Below, piece by piece: positions 1 to 9,560 of a stretch of DNA of 64,000 nucleotides. The notes under the pieces are model-generated. The model worked only from the letters and a program-made list of their open reading frames with translations. It did not search any database and had not been told where the DNA came from. Made by a program: the position numbers and the translations under genes. Every line of letters starts with the position of its first letter. Position 1 is the stretch's first letter. The stretch is from Parcubacteria group bacterium Gr01-1014_31. GTDB taxonomy: Bacteria > Patescibacteriota > Patescibacteriia > Buchananbacterales > GWA2-38-13. Location of the stretch: positions 206,554 through 270,553 of the forward strand of contig VMFR01000001.1 of assembly GCA_007376135.1 (NCBI GenBank), given 5' to 3'.

Positions 1-491
1 GTGACAATGACATCCACGCCGCCCTGCTGCAACGCCGCAACCTCTGTGACGTTGGTGATGCCGCAATCCACGGTAATGACCAGCCGGTAACCATCCCCGA
101 CGATCTCGTTCGCGGCGGCGGCATTCAGGCCGTAGCCTTCCGTTTCGCGGAACGGCAAATACACTCCCGGAGCCGCGCCGAATGCCTCCAGCGAAGAGAC
201 CAACAGCGCGGCGGCGCACACGCCGTCGGCGTCGTAGTCGCCGTACACCAAAATGCGCTCACCGTTCTCCAGCGCCTGAACGACCCGCCCGACCGCGCGT
301 TCCATCGCCAAAAATTTGAACGGGTCGTGCACGTCGGTGCCGTAATCGGGCTGCAGGAATTCGTCGATCTGCGCCTGGGCGCGCAGGCCGCGGTTGTAGA
401 GCAATTGCAAAACCACCCCGTCGATCTCTGGGAAAGCGGCCCGAAATTCGGCCGGCGTCAGCGGGCTTACCTGCCATCGCTTTTTTGTCAT
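1..491 (-). CDS. recJ: Single-stranded-DNA-specific exonuclease RecJ, N-terminal part (runs off window start)
   Basis: Manual minus-strand translation from ATG at 491: MTKKRWQV...ILVYGDYDADGVCAAA...RETEGYGLN...LVITVDCGIT; DHH-family RecJ motifs. Not in the ORF track because it is truncated. Confidence 0.93.
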   Translation of the reverse strand, partial: MTKKRWQVSPLTPAEFRAAFPEIDGVVLQLLYNRGLRAQAQIDEFLQPDYGTDVHDPFKFLAMERAVGRVVQALENGERILVYGDYDADGVCAAALLVSSLEAFGAAPGVYLPFRETEGYGLNAAAANEIVGDGYRLVITVDCGITNVTEVAALQQGGVDVIV

Positions 492-653
492 GGCGACATT
501 GTAGCACAAGCCCCGCAGGCGGTCCGCGGCAGGTCAAGGAAGGCATTTGACACCGCCGTAGACTCGGCCTACGATGGGGGCGGCGACCCCCGCGGCGGCA
601 TCGGTTTTCGCCGCACTTTTATCAGGGCACCGCCTGTGCTAGTCTGCCTGCGT

Positions 654-749
654 ATGAAAGCAAAAACGCGCAAAACCGTTTGGATCATCCTCAGCCTCAT
701 GGTGGCGGCGAGCATGGTCATTGCCTCGCTCACGCCGTTGTTCCTCTAA
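654..749 (+). CDS. Small single-pass membrane protein (31 aa; DUF4044/Prli42-like architecture)
   Basis: MKAKTRKTVWIILSLMVAASMVIASLTPLFL: basic N-terminus plus one hydrophobic helix; 3' end of ORF 327..749. Confidence 0.6.
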   Translation: MKAKTRKTVWIILSLMVAASMVIASLTPLFL

Positions 750-783
750 ACCGGCCGCTCTTAATAGAGAGAAGGAGTAGACA

Positions 784-1125
784 GTGTCTACCGCCGACGG
801 TCCACCGTCGGGTTTGCCGGACCCCGTTCCGGTACACCCGCAGCGCGAGCTGGACGATGCGCGGTCGCAACTCGCTACCGTCCGAAAGCTGCTGATCGAC
901 AAGCTCGCGGAAAGCAAATCCTCCTGGTGGAAGCGACGCCGCGCGCTCCAAGAACTGGCTGAGCAGCTAGCCGAACTGCTGCACCTGACCGATGAGGAGC
1001 TGCGCATTGCGGCTCCGGCGCCCGACGAGCGCGGGCCCAGTCTGATGGGCAAAACTGCCCAGATCATCCGCTCCTCCGCGACGCTCGAGTATTGGAAACG
1101 ACGCCGCAAAAAAGGGCCCGAATGA
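784..1125 (+). CDS. Hypothetical protein (113 aa)
   Basis: GTG start with AAGGAG upstream; followed by a terminator. Confidence 0.6.
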   Translation: MSTADGPPSGLPDPVPVHPQRELDDARSQLATVRKLLIDKLAESKSSWWKRRRALQELAEQLAELLHLTDEELRIAAPAPDERGPSLMGKTAQIIRSSATLEYWKRRRKKGPE

Positions 1126-1130
1126 TCGCG

Positions 1131-1161
1131 CCCGCTGGCACCTCCGCCAGCGGGTTTTTTT
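1131..1161 (+). terminator. Intrinsic terminator
   Basis: cccgctggc-acctcc-gccagcggg followed by T7. Confidence 0.8.
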
Positions 1162-1511
1162 GATTTCCGGCCGCAAGATCCCGAAATCAGCTCTTTCGGG
1201 GAAAGGACTGGGGAAGGTGCCACCGCCGCAGCGGGGTCCCGCCAGCGGCGGGAAATTGCGTGACGGAAATTAACCCCGCACCAATTTTGCCGATTTTTTA
1301 CTGCTGCATTTAGTATTCTTTGAATGATACGAGCAATCGCAGCCCGCGCGTGGCGAATAGCCACACTCCGCTGCCGGCGAAGCGGGCTGCCGTTGGCAGA
1401 CTCGCAAAATTGGTTGCTGGGTTAGTCATGCGCACGGCATCATACGTCCCTAGCTGCGTCGTTGCGCGAAAAATGCTATGCTGTTGGCAATTAAGATCTA
1501 ACCGGCCCTCT

Positions 1512-1892
1512 ATGAAATCACGCCGTCTTTTACTGGTGGAAGATGACGAATTTCTCGCCCGCTTGTTGAAGGAAAAATTGGAACAGGAACGCTGTCAGGT
1601 AACGCTCGCGGTGGACGGACAGCGCGCGCTCGACGCCCTGAAGACCGCGCCATTGCCCGAGGTCGTCATTCTTGACCTCATCCTCCCGGTGGTGGACGGT
1701 TTCGAGGTACTGCAGAACATCCGCTCCAATGACGACCCGGCGGTCAAAGCGCTTCCGGTCATCGTGCTGTCCAACCTCGGGTCGGCTCCGGATATCCAGC
1801 GCGTACGCGATCTTGGCGCCAACGAATACCTGGTCAAGGCGCAAATGACCCCTGGTGAGATCGTCGATCACGTTCTGCGCTTCACAAAATAA
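1512..1892 (+). CDS. Single-domain response regulator (CheY-like receiver)
   Basis: LLLVEDD...VVILDLILPVVDG...VLSNL...YLVKA receiver motifs; ATG at 1512. Confidence 0.9.
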   Translation: MKSRRLLLVEDDEFLARLLKEKLEQERCQVTLAVDGQRALDALKTAPLPEVVILDLILPVVDGFEVLQNIRSNDDPAVKALPVIVLSNLGSAPDIQRVRDLGANEYLVKAQMTPGEIVDHVLRFTK

Positions 1893-2002
1893 CCCCGCCT
1901 GACCCCGTAGTACAACGGACCCCGCATACCCGCGGCGCAACCATTATCGTAGCTATTTACTATGCAGGCGAAAAACTGTTTTGACCGTTTGTCCTACCGG
2001 GT

Positions 2003-3613
2003 ATGCCGCACACGCCGCTGGCGCTCATCATCCTGGACGGCTGGGGTGTAGCGCCGCCCGGGCCGGGGAACGCCATCACCCAAGCCTCGACCTCCAACCT
2101 GGATCGCCTCGCGCGCGAGTACCCGCACGCCACCCTGGCGTCCAGCGGTATTGATGTCGGATTGATGTGGGGTGTGGTCGGCAATTCGGAGACCGGCCAC
2201 CTCAACATCGGCAGCGGTCGCGTCGTCTACCAGCACCTGCCGCGCATTCTTTTCGCCATCCGCGAAAAAAAGATATTCCAAAATCCGGCGCTGCTGATGA
2301 CCGTCAACTGGGTCAAGGCCCAACACCGGACCCTCCATGTGGCCGGCCTGGTCTCCTCGGGCACGGTGCACGGCTATATCGATATTCTCTACGCCATACT
2401 GGAACTCGCGCGCCGGGAACACGTGCCAAAGGTCGCGCTGCATCTATGGCTGGACGGGCGCGACAGCTACATCCGCGAAGGCGTCAAGGCGGTGGCCAAT
2501 ATCGAGCTGCGGCTTTCGGCGCTGCACTTGGGGAAAATAGCGACCATCATGGGCCGCAGCTTCGCGATGGACCGCAACGACAACTGGGCGAGGACCCAGT
2601 GCGCCTACGCCTGCATGGTGGAAAGCGACGGACGCAAGATCACTGATATCGGCGCGTACCTGCAGGCAAACTACGCGCTGGGGCTGACCGATGAGTTCAT
2701 TGAACCGGCCGTGGTCGTGGACGAACACGGTTCACCGGTCGGGCCGATCCAGCCCGGGGACGCGCTGGTGCTGATGAACTTCCGCGCCGACCGCGCGAGG
2801 CAGATCACGTCGGCGTTCGCCGACCCCGGCTTTGACCATTTCCACCGTCGCTACCTCGAACAGCTGCAGATCGTTACGATGACCGACTACGACCCGGATC
2901 TCCATGTCACCGTCGCGTTCCCGCAGGAGAACCTGAACGCAACCCTGGCCGAAGTCATCAGCCAGGCCGGGTTACGGCAGCTGCACATCGCGGAAACGGA
3001 AAAATATGCGCATGTAACGTATTTTTTTAACGGCCGCCGCGAATCGCCTTTCCCGGGCGAGGACCGCATTCTCATCCCCTCGCAACACTACGCCAGTTTT
3101 GAGAACACCCCGGAGATGCAGGCGCCGGAGATCACTGCGCACGTGCTGGAGGCGCTGCGGCGCGACCGCTACGATTGCTACATCATCAACTTCGCGAACG
3201 CCGACATGGTCGGCCACACCGGCAACCTGGCGGCAGCCATCAAAGCGGTGCAAGAGCTCGACCGCTCGGTCGGCGCCATCGTGGACGCGGTCGGCAATAC
3301 GCACCGCGGCGTCGCGCTCATAACCGGCGACCATGGCAACGCCGACCAGATGATCGACCCCGTCACCCACCAGCCCCGGCGCGAACACTCGCCCAACCCG
3401 GTCCCCCTCTACCTCGTCGGCAACGGCTTTCAACGCAACGGCAAAACCATCCCCGCGCCAAAAAAACACATCGGCCGTTTGGCCGACGTTGCGCCGACCA
3501 TTTTGGAACTTCTGTCCCTCTCCCAACCGCCGAAAATGACCGGCCACAGCTTGTTGCCCGCATTACTCGGCGACAACGGCCGCCGCCCCCTGCCCGCACC
3601 GACTCGACGCTAA
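2003..3613 (+). CDS. gpmI: 2,3-bisphosphoglycerate-independent phosphoglycerate mutase
   Basis: LIILDGWG, GNSETGH, DGRD, NFRADRARQ, AETEKYAHVT, NADMVGHTG, GDHGNA motifs. Confidence 0.97.
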   Translation: MPHTPLALIILDGWGVAPPGPGNAITQASTSNLDRLAREYPHATLASSGIDVGLMWGVVGNSETGHLNIGSGRVVYQHLPRILFAIREKKIFQNPALLMTVNWVKAQHRTLHVAGLVSSGTVHGYIDILYAILELARREHVPKVALHLWLDGRDSYIREGVKAVANIELRLSALHLGKIATIMGRSFAMDRNDNWARTQCAYACMVESDGRKITDIGAYLQANYALGLTDEFIEPAVVVDEHGSPVGPIQPGDALVLMNFRADRARQITSAFADPGFDHFHRRYLEQLQIVTMTDYDPDLHVTVAFPQENLNATLAEVISQAGLRQLHIAETEKYAHVTYFFNGRRESPFPGEDRILIPSQHYASFENTPEMQAPEITAHVLEALRRDRYDCYIINFANADMVGHTGNLAAAIKAVQELDRSVGAIVDAVGNTHRGVALITGDHGNADQMIDPVTHQPRREHSPNPVPLYLVGNGFQRNGKTIPAPKKHIGRLADVAPTILELLSLSQPPKMTGHSLLPALLGDNGRRPLPAPTRR

Positions 3614-3642
3614 GGCAGCAAGGACGCCCGTCCATCGAACGC

Positions 3643-4725
3643 ATGAATCCCGCGGTCAAGGATTTTCTGGAACGCAATGAACGGCGCATCGGCCTTGGCC
3701 TGATGGCGATGGGGTTTGGCATTGATAACTTGACCCTGAACCGTATCGACCTGCTGTTCGACAACCTCATCTTCTTTTTTTACCTTTCCATCGCGCTGAC
3801 GGCCATCTTTCTCACCAATGCCCACCAGGGCGGCGTGCTGCAGACCCGCTTCATTGCCAGGAACCACGCGTGGCTTCCTTTGCCGATGCAGTACGCCTTC
3901 GGCGGACTATTCAGCGGTTTTGTCGTCATTTACTCGCGCAGCGGCACCTGGGTAGCCAGCTGGATTTTTCTCAGCATTATGGCCGCCCTCCTGGTCGGCA
4001 ATGAATTCGCCAAAAACAACTACGTCCGCCTGGCCTACCACATCACCATCTTCTACACCGCGCTATTTTCGTTCGCCATCTTCTTTTTGCCAGTGCTCAC
4101 CCGGCGCATGGGCACGGGGATGTTCCTGCTGAGCGGAGCAACCAGCCTCGCGACCATTGCCGTCATTCTCTTCGCTTTGGCCAAACTCACGCCCGCGGTC
4201 TTTCTGCGCGCCCGCGTAAAGGCATATACCGGCATCGCTGCGGTCTTTCTGCTGTTCAACGTCCTCTACTTCACCAACGTCATCCCTCCCGTCCCGCTCT
4301 CGCTGAAGCAGATCGGCGTCTACCATGCCGTCGGCAAGAATCCCCTCGGCTATTCCGCTTTGGTGGAGCCCCCTCCCTGGCACCGGTTCTATGAAGACAC
4401 GAGCCGGGTCTTTAACCGCTACGGCAACGAGCCGGTCTTTGTTTTCAGCTCGGTCTTCGCGCCCACCGACCTGAAAGCACCAATTTTTCATCGCTGGTCC
4501 TTCTACAATCAGCAATTGCGCAAATGGACAGTGACCGACCGCTTGTCGTTCTCGATATTGGGCGGGCGAGACGGCGGGTACCGCGGCTACTCCCAGAAGC
4601 GGAATGTTGCACCGGGCCGATGGCGCGTAGATGTGGTAACCAGCCGCGGCCAGCTCATCGGGTATGTCACCTTTTCGGTGGTTACTGCCGACGTTATTCC
4701 CGGAACAAAACGGGTTACCCTTTGA
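3643..4725 (+). CDS. Multi-pass membrane protein with C-terminal DUF2914 domain
   Basis: Several TM helices then IPPVPLSL...GGRDGGYRGYS...GRWRVDV; ATG at 3643 within ORF 3175..4725. Confidence 0.85.
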   Translation: MNPAVKDFLERNERRIGLGLMAMGFGIDNLTLNRIDLLFDNLIFFFYLSIALTAIFLTNAHQGGVLQTRFIARNHAWLPLPMQYAFGGLFSGFVVIYSRSGTWVASWIFLSIMAALLVGNEFAKNNYVRLAYHITIFYTALFSFAIFFLPVLTRRMGTGMFLLSGATSLATIAVILFALAKLTPAVFLRARVKAYTGIAAVFLLFNVLYFTNVIPPVPLSLKQIGVYHAVGKNPLGYSALVEPPPWHRFYEDTSRVFNRYGNEPVFVFSSVFAPTDLKAPIFHRWSFYNQQLRKWTVTDRLSFSILGGRDGGYRGYSQKRNVAPGRWRVDVVTSRGQLIGYVTFSVVTADVIPGTKRVTL

Positions 4726-4791
4726 GCTCGTTAAATTCCTGAGCACCAACTGCTGAGTTTTGGCGTAGCGGAAATCCGGCAGGATACCATA

Positions 4792-4824
4792 ACAACGCAC
4801 CCCCTCCATTCGGGGGTGCGTTGT
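4792..4824. terminator. Hairpin between convergent genes (probable terminator)
   Basis: acaacgcacccc...ggggtgcgttgt. Confidence 0.6.
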
Positions 4825-4867
4825 ATCGAGCGTCGGCAACGCTCTCGCAAAGAACGGCGTTCTCGGT

Positions 4868-6895
4868 CTAGCTTGCCAACTCGTCGCAGTGCCCTGGACC
4901 AGTGAGGCCTTCGTTATAGCTGCCCAGGATCCCCGCGAGGTCAATGAACTGCTTACGAGTCGCGCTATTGCCCTTCATCGCGGCAACTTGTGCCGGCGTG
5001 TATGCGTTGAACAGGGCAGTTGCATCGTCGATCGCAGTCTGTATATCGACGGGAACCGATGCGCCATTGTTGGCGTTCAGGACGGCGGCCATGTACTGGT
5101 GCGCCAAGTTGTAGTACGTGTTGCCTTTTGGCGCGGCCCAGAACACTTCGTACCACGTCTGGACGCTGAGGAAGAACACGGCGTCCGGCCCACCGACGGA
5201 ATCCCAATTGTCATCGGGATGAGCCGCCGGGCCGTACGTTGAATGCGTCTTCCAGTACCCTTGCGTCAAGGTGCAGCCCTGGAAGCAATTGACGGTCACG
5301 TGCACATTCCAGTCGTCCTGACCGGTCTCCTGAGTGTCATGAGTGAGGAATCGTGCAACGTTGGGCCAATCAATTTCTCCACACGTCACCGCGACATCAA
5401 CCCCCTCTCCGTCGGCCGGTCCGAACGTCACCTGATACTCGATCACCTTATCGATGGTATCTTGACAGACGACCACGCCCTGCGGACCGTTGGGGTTAGA
5501 ATCATTGACCGTGATGCACTCATCGGTCACATTGGCCGGAGCGCCCCAGGTGACCGCGGCAGTGTCCGAGCCACCGGGGACAACACCGCTCGTGCTGACC
5601 GTTGCTTCATTCTCGGTGTCATTCGGACTGGCGCCGTTCTTGGTGTAGGTGCAGACCAAGCTCTGGCCGCCAACGAGCGTGTGCGGGAAGCCAAGAAAAG
5701 TCGCGTCGCCGGTGCAATCAACCGCGGCAGCTCCCGATGCATCCAGCATATCACTCATGCCCGTGATGGTGGCATTGGGATTGCCCACCGGGTTCGTGGT
5801 GGTAATGGTACCGATGACCGTATGGTTGAGGTCTTCGGATGTCTGGTTTACCGCCACGGCGTAATTGACCGTGAAGCTTTCGCCTTCCGCCAGAACAAGG
5901 TCCGTTTGGTCGGCACGTTTGTCGATGGTCCAATCCCAGTCACGGTCGTACCTCGTCTCGGCCGTCTTTTCCACCACTAATGGGCTGACGACCCGGACGG
6001 TTGCCTGCGCCCGCTCATCCTGGTCACACCGTACCCCTTCTGGAGGGCTTTGCGGGTCTTGGCACCACGTCACATTGATGCCGTTCGGATCAAGGCCCCG
6101 ACCGGTCGCGGTATTGGTGGTATCGGCGTTAATGACCATGGCACACGTGTACAGCCATGCTTCGCCTTGGTCGAGCACGCCGTTCGCGTTGGTATCCCCG
6201 TCGTTGAATCCGTTCGCCGGCGCCACATCGACGCCTGTAACCGGAGCGCACATATCGTCCACGACGGAAGGCAACGTCAGCGGCACATCACCGTCGTTCC
6301 TTTCCGTGTACGTGTAGGTCACCAAGGTACCGGCGACCACGGCGGTCTGATCCGCCTGCTTGGCGAGCACCGTGCTCGGATGAATGACGGTCTTGCTCAA
6401 CGTGTCATGATCGGATGCCACTTCCTCGTCCGCATCCTGGTGCAAAATTCCGGCAATATCGAAGAGCGCCGTCACGCTGTTCCCTACCTCATTCGCGTGG
6501 TTCACGGTATAGGTGTAGGGGCCAGCCGCACATCCTGCCCCGCCAGGGCAGCTAATGCTATCCCCGACGTTCAGCGTTGTACCGACCAAAACATTCACCA
6601 CGCTGCCGTTCGGCAACGTGATATCCGCATTTGCGCCGGTAATGTTACAAGGCGCGACCGGACCCGCTTCATCGGGATCCGAGTTGACGTAGATAACCGA
6701 GTAGGTTATCACGTCTCCGTCATACGCGCTTCCCGCGGGGGAAACGATCGACGGAAACTGCTGCAAGCCGCTCGCATTACAGCTCGCAGGATCTTGGTGC
6801 GCCTGTGCTTGAGGCGATACCAGTGCGAATAACGCGAGCAGCGGTGCCATGAGCCGTGCACCAACCGACCAGGCGCGAGGTACGTTTTTATGCAT
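4868..6895 (-). CDS. Secreted Cys-rich surface protein with Ig-like (DUF11-like) repeats and C-terminal 'GCTLTQGYWKTH' helical domain
   Basis: Signal peptide ending AQA-H; VTYTYTERNDGDVPLT repeat signature; GYWKTH motif. Confidence 0.8.
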   Translation of the reverse strand: MHKNVPRAWSVGARLMAPLLALFALVSPQAQAHQDPASCNASGLQQFPSIVSPAGSAYDGDVITYSVIYVNSDPDEAGPVAPCNITGANADITLPNGSVVNVLVGTTLNVGDSISCPGGAGCAAGPYTYTVNHANEVGNSVTALFDIAGILHQDADEEVASDHDTLSKTVIHPSTVLAKQADQTAVVAGTLVTYTYTERNDGDVPLTLPSVVDDMCAPVTGVDVAPANGFNDGDTNANGVLDQGEAWLYTCAMVINADTTNTATGRGLDPNGINVTWCQDPQSPPEGVRCDQDERAQATVRVVSPLVVEKTAETRYDRDWDWTIDKRADQTDLVLAEGESFTVNYAVAVNQTSEDLNHTVIGTITTTNPVGNPNATITGMSDMLDASGAAAVDCTGDATFLGFPHTLVGGQSLVCTYTKNGASPNDTENEATVSTSGVVPGGSDTAAVTWGAPANVTDECITVNDSNPNGPQGVVVCQDTIDKVIEYQVTFGPADGEGVDVAVTCGEIDWPNVARFLTHDTQETGQDDWNVHVTVNCFQGCTLTQGYWKTHSTYGPAAHPDDNWDSVGGPDAVFFLSVQTWYEVFWAAPKGNTYYNLAHQYMAAVLNANNGASVPVDIQTAIDDATALFNAYTPAQVAAMKGNSATRKQFIDLAGILGSYNEGLTGPGHCDELAS

Positions 6896-7107
6896 ACGTG
6901 TGATTTCTTATTTATTAATCGGCATATTTTCACCGACGGAGAAATATGCCCACCACCACTTTTCGACCTTTATCTATATGACGTAAGAAATCACAAATTT
7001 TAATTGCCCAGGAACGGCGAGCGTGGTACCGACGAATCTTTGCCAACGTAAGCCATTTTTTCAGGCCCAACTTACAACAAAAAAACGGCGGGGCCATACC
7101 TCGCCGG

Positions 7108-7287
7108 TCATTCCCCATCACCGGCGGCCGCGACGGCGGGTGCCGCGTCTTTTCGCTCAAGCGGAATATCCAGAACGGCAAATGGCGCGTTGACGTCGTC
7201 ACGAGCCGCGGCCAACTCATCGCGTACGTCACCTTCTGGGCCACCAGCTCCCCGCAGACCACCATCACCACACCGGTCACGCTCTAG
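7108..7287 (+). pseudogene. Orphan 3' remnant of a DUF2914 gene (paralog of the 3643..4725 C-terminus)
   Basis: Translates SFPITGGRDGGCRVFSLKRNIQNGKWRVDVVTSRGQLIAYVTF...VTL* versus SFSILGGRDGGYRGYSQKRNVAPGRWRVDVVTSRGQLIGYVTF...VTL*; no start or upstream part. Confidence 0.85.
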
Positions 7288-7296
7288 CGCACGATG

Positions 7297-7344
7297 AAAA
7301 AGCCGAGAACGGCGGATGCCCGAAGGCAATCTGTCGTTCTCGGC
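7297..7344 (-). terminator. Intrinsic terminator of the small minus-strand transcription unit
   Basis: gccgagaacg...cgttctcggc stem followed by TTTTT on the minus strand. Confidence 0.7.
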
Positions 7345-7370
7345 GGCTCGTTGCGTAGCGTTCTTCTCGG

Positions 7371-7418
7371 CTACTTGGCGGTGCGTCTCACGTACCGGAA
7401 GAGAACCTTTTTGGCCAT
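7371..7418 (-). CDS. Candidate 15-aa basic peptide MAKKVLFRYVRRTAK
   Basis: GGAG-like SD upstream of ATG; lies between a sigma70 promoter and a terminator. Confidence 0.35.
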   Translation of the reverse strand: MAKKVLFRYVRRTAK

Positions 7419-7589
7419 GGCTCGTTTCTCCCGTCAGCAGTTGGGTGTTGTTGTGACAGAACAATGAACTTTCGTCTCGGCGTATCCGCTGGGGCGGATA
7501 GACCGCCTCCGGCACTCCGGAGGACCATCAGACAATCAAATGGGCCTCCTTTCCGCTCGGCATGAGCAAAAGAACGCGTCGGTACCCAA

Positions 7590-7618
7590 ATTGTAGGAAA
7601 ACCGCGAGGCAATTGCAA
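7590..7618 (-). promoter_or_regulatory. Sigma70-type promoter TTGCAA-17-TACAAT
   Basis: Minus strand ttgcaa ttgcctcgcggttttcc tacaat. Confidence 0.6.
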
Positions 7619-7632
7619 TCATCGCCATCCAC

Positions 7633-9423
7633 TCACCGCTTCAGCACGGACAAGTACGCTTCCGCGGGCACTTCCACCCGGCCCACGCCGGCGGCCATCA
7701 TCTTCTTCTTGCCCTTCTTCTGTTTCTCTAAAAGCTTGCGTTTGCGGGTGTAGTCGCCGCCCGACAGCTTGACCGTCACGTCCTTGCGCAGCGCGGAGAT
7801 GCGCTCCGCGGCAATGACCCGGCCGGTAACCGACGCCTGCAGCTTGATAACGAACTGGTGTTTCGGAATGGTCTCTTTCAGCTTGGCGACGATGCGCTTC
7901 CCCACCTCGTAGGCCTCATCGCGGTACACCAGGCTGGCGAGCGACTCCTCCGGATCATCCGCGACCATAATATCCAGCCGCACCACTTCGCACGGCCGGT
8001 ACGAATCGAACTCGTAATTCAACGACGCGTACCCGGCGGAAATGCCTTTCAGCTTGTCGTAGAAATCCACGAGCAACTGCGTCAACGGGATGCGGTAATG
8101 GAGTACCGCCAATTCGTCATCCAGGTACTCGGTGGTCTGGTACTCGCCGCGGCGCGACGAGACCATCTGCATCACCCCGCCCAGGTACTCTTTCGGCGTC
8201 ACAACGTCCAGCCGCATCACCGGTTCCAACACCTGCTGGTAACGGTCGGCGGACGGCAGTTGCTGCGGGGAACGGATGATGGTCGTAGCACCCTGCGTGT
8301 CCACGACCTGGTACGCGACCGACGGCACCGTCACCACCACATCTTGCCCGTACTCGCGGCGCAGCCGTTCTTGAACTATCTCCAAATGGAGCAGCCCCAA
8401 CAGCCCGCAACGGAACCCGTATCCCAGCGCGGGAGAATGCTCGGGTTCGTACTGCAAGGCGGAATCCGATAGCGCAAGTTTTTCCAACGCGGAGCGCAAA
8501 TGCGGGTAGTCGTCCCCCTCACGGCAAAAGAACCCCGCGAACACCATCGGCTTGACCTGACGGTACCCGGGCAGCGGGGACTGATCGGCACGCAAGGTTA
8601 CGGTATCGCCGACCCGGCAGTCAGCCACGTGCTTCAGACCGGTTGCCAGGTACCCGATCTCTCCGGCGGTCAGTAAATCGCCTCGCTTGAGCTCCGGCGC
8701 GAACGTTCCGACCTCGATAATGTCCGAATCCTTGCCGGTGGCCAGAAAACGCACGGTCTGTCCGGCGGAAACTTGCCCGTCCACCACCCGCACATAGGCG
8801 ATGACGCCCCGGTAGTCGTCGAATTTTGAATCAAAAATGAGCGCGCGCAACTCCGGTATCTTTCCGGGATTCGGCGGCGGTACCCGCTCGATGACCGCGC
8901 TCAAGAGCGCTTCCGCGCCCAGGCCGGTCTTGCCCGAGATCTTGAGCACCTCTTCGGGCTTGACGCCCAGCAGCCGCACCAGCTCATTGACCGAACGGTC
9001 CACCTGTGCCGCGGGCAGGTCGATCTTGTTAACGACCGGAATGATGGTCAGGTTCTGCTCCATTGCCAGGTAGAGGTTGGCGAGCGTCTGCGCCTGGATG
9101 CCTTGCGTCGCGTCCACCAGCAAGATAGCGCCCTCCACGGCCGCCAGGCTCCGCGATACTTCGTAGGTGAAATCCACGTGCCCGGGCGTATCGATGAGAT
9201 TCAGTTCGAACAGCTTTCCCTGGAGGCGGTATTGCATCCTAACTGGCTGCAGCTTAATGGTAATGCCCCGTTCGCGTTCCAGGTCCATCATGTCGAGCAT
9301 CTGCGCCTTGAGGTGGCGCTTCTCGACCGTTCCCGTCATTTCTAAAAAGCGGTCGGCCAGGGTGGACTTCCCGTGGTCGACGTGCGCGATGATGCAAAAA
9401 TTACGGATGTGTGCGGTGTCCAT
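7633..9423 (-). CDS. lepA: Elongation factor 4 (LepA)
   Basis: IRNFCIIAHVDHGKSTLADR, ERERGITIK, LIDTPGHVDF, RKRKLLEKQKKGKK. Confidence 0.98.
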   Translation of the reverse strand: MDTAHIRNFCIIAHVDHGKSTLADRFLEMTGTVEKRHLKAQMLDMMDLERERGITIKLQPVRMQYRLQGKLFELNLIDTPGHVDFTYEVSRSLAAVEGAILLVDATQGIQAQTLANLYLAMEQNLTIIPVVNKIDLPAAQVDRSVNELVRLLGVKPEEVLKISGKTGLGAEALLSAVIERVPPPNPGKIPELRALIFDSKFDDYRGVIAYVRVVDGQVSAGQTVRFLATGKDSDIIEVGTFAPELKRGDLLTAGEIGYLATGLKHVADCRVGDTVTLRADQSPLPGYRQVKPMVFAGFFCREGDDYPHLRSALEKLALSDSALQYEPEHSPALGYGFRCGLLGLLHLEIVQERLRREYGQDVVVTVPSVAYQVVDTQGATTIIRSPQQLPSADRYQQVLEPVMRLDVVTPKEYLGGVMQMVSSRRGEYQTTEYLDDELAVLHYRIPLTQLLVDFYDKLKGISAGYASLNYEFDSYRPCEVVRLDIMVADDPEESLASLVYRDEAYEVGKRIVAKLKETIPKHQFVIKLQASVTGRVIAAERISALRKDVTVKLSGGDYTRKRKLLEKQKKGKKKMMAAGVGRVEVPAEAYLSVLKR

Positions 9424-9560
9424 AGTACGACGTAGAATTCAAACTGTACCAACAATCCTTCGTCCTGTCGAGGTTACAGAAGCAAGTATCAAGAAGTAAG
9501 GAGCAAGGGAAAAACAATCCGACACCTTGATTCCTGATTCTGAATTCTAGTTTCTCCCGC

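Noticed and set aside
7108-7287. DGR template repeat for the DUF2914 C-terminus (an Avd-like four-helix gene is in the window)
   Set aside because: Differences are spread over all bases and largely synonymous rather than adenine-specific, and no reverse transcriptase is present in the window.
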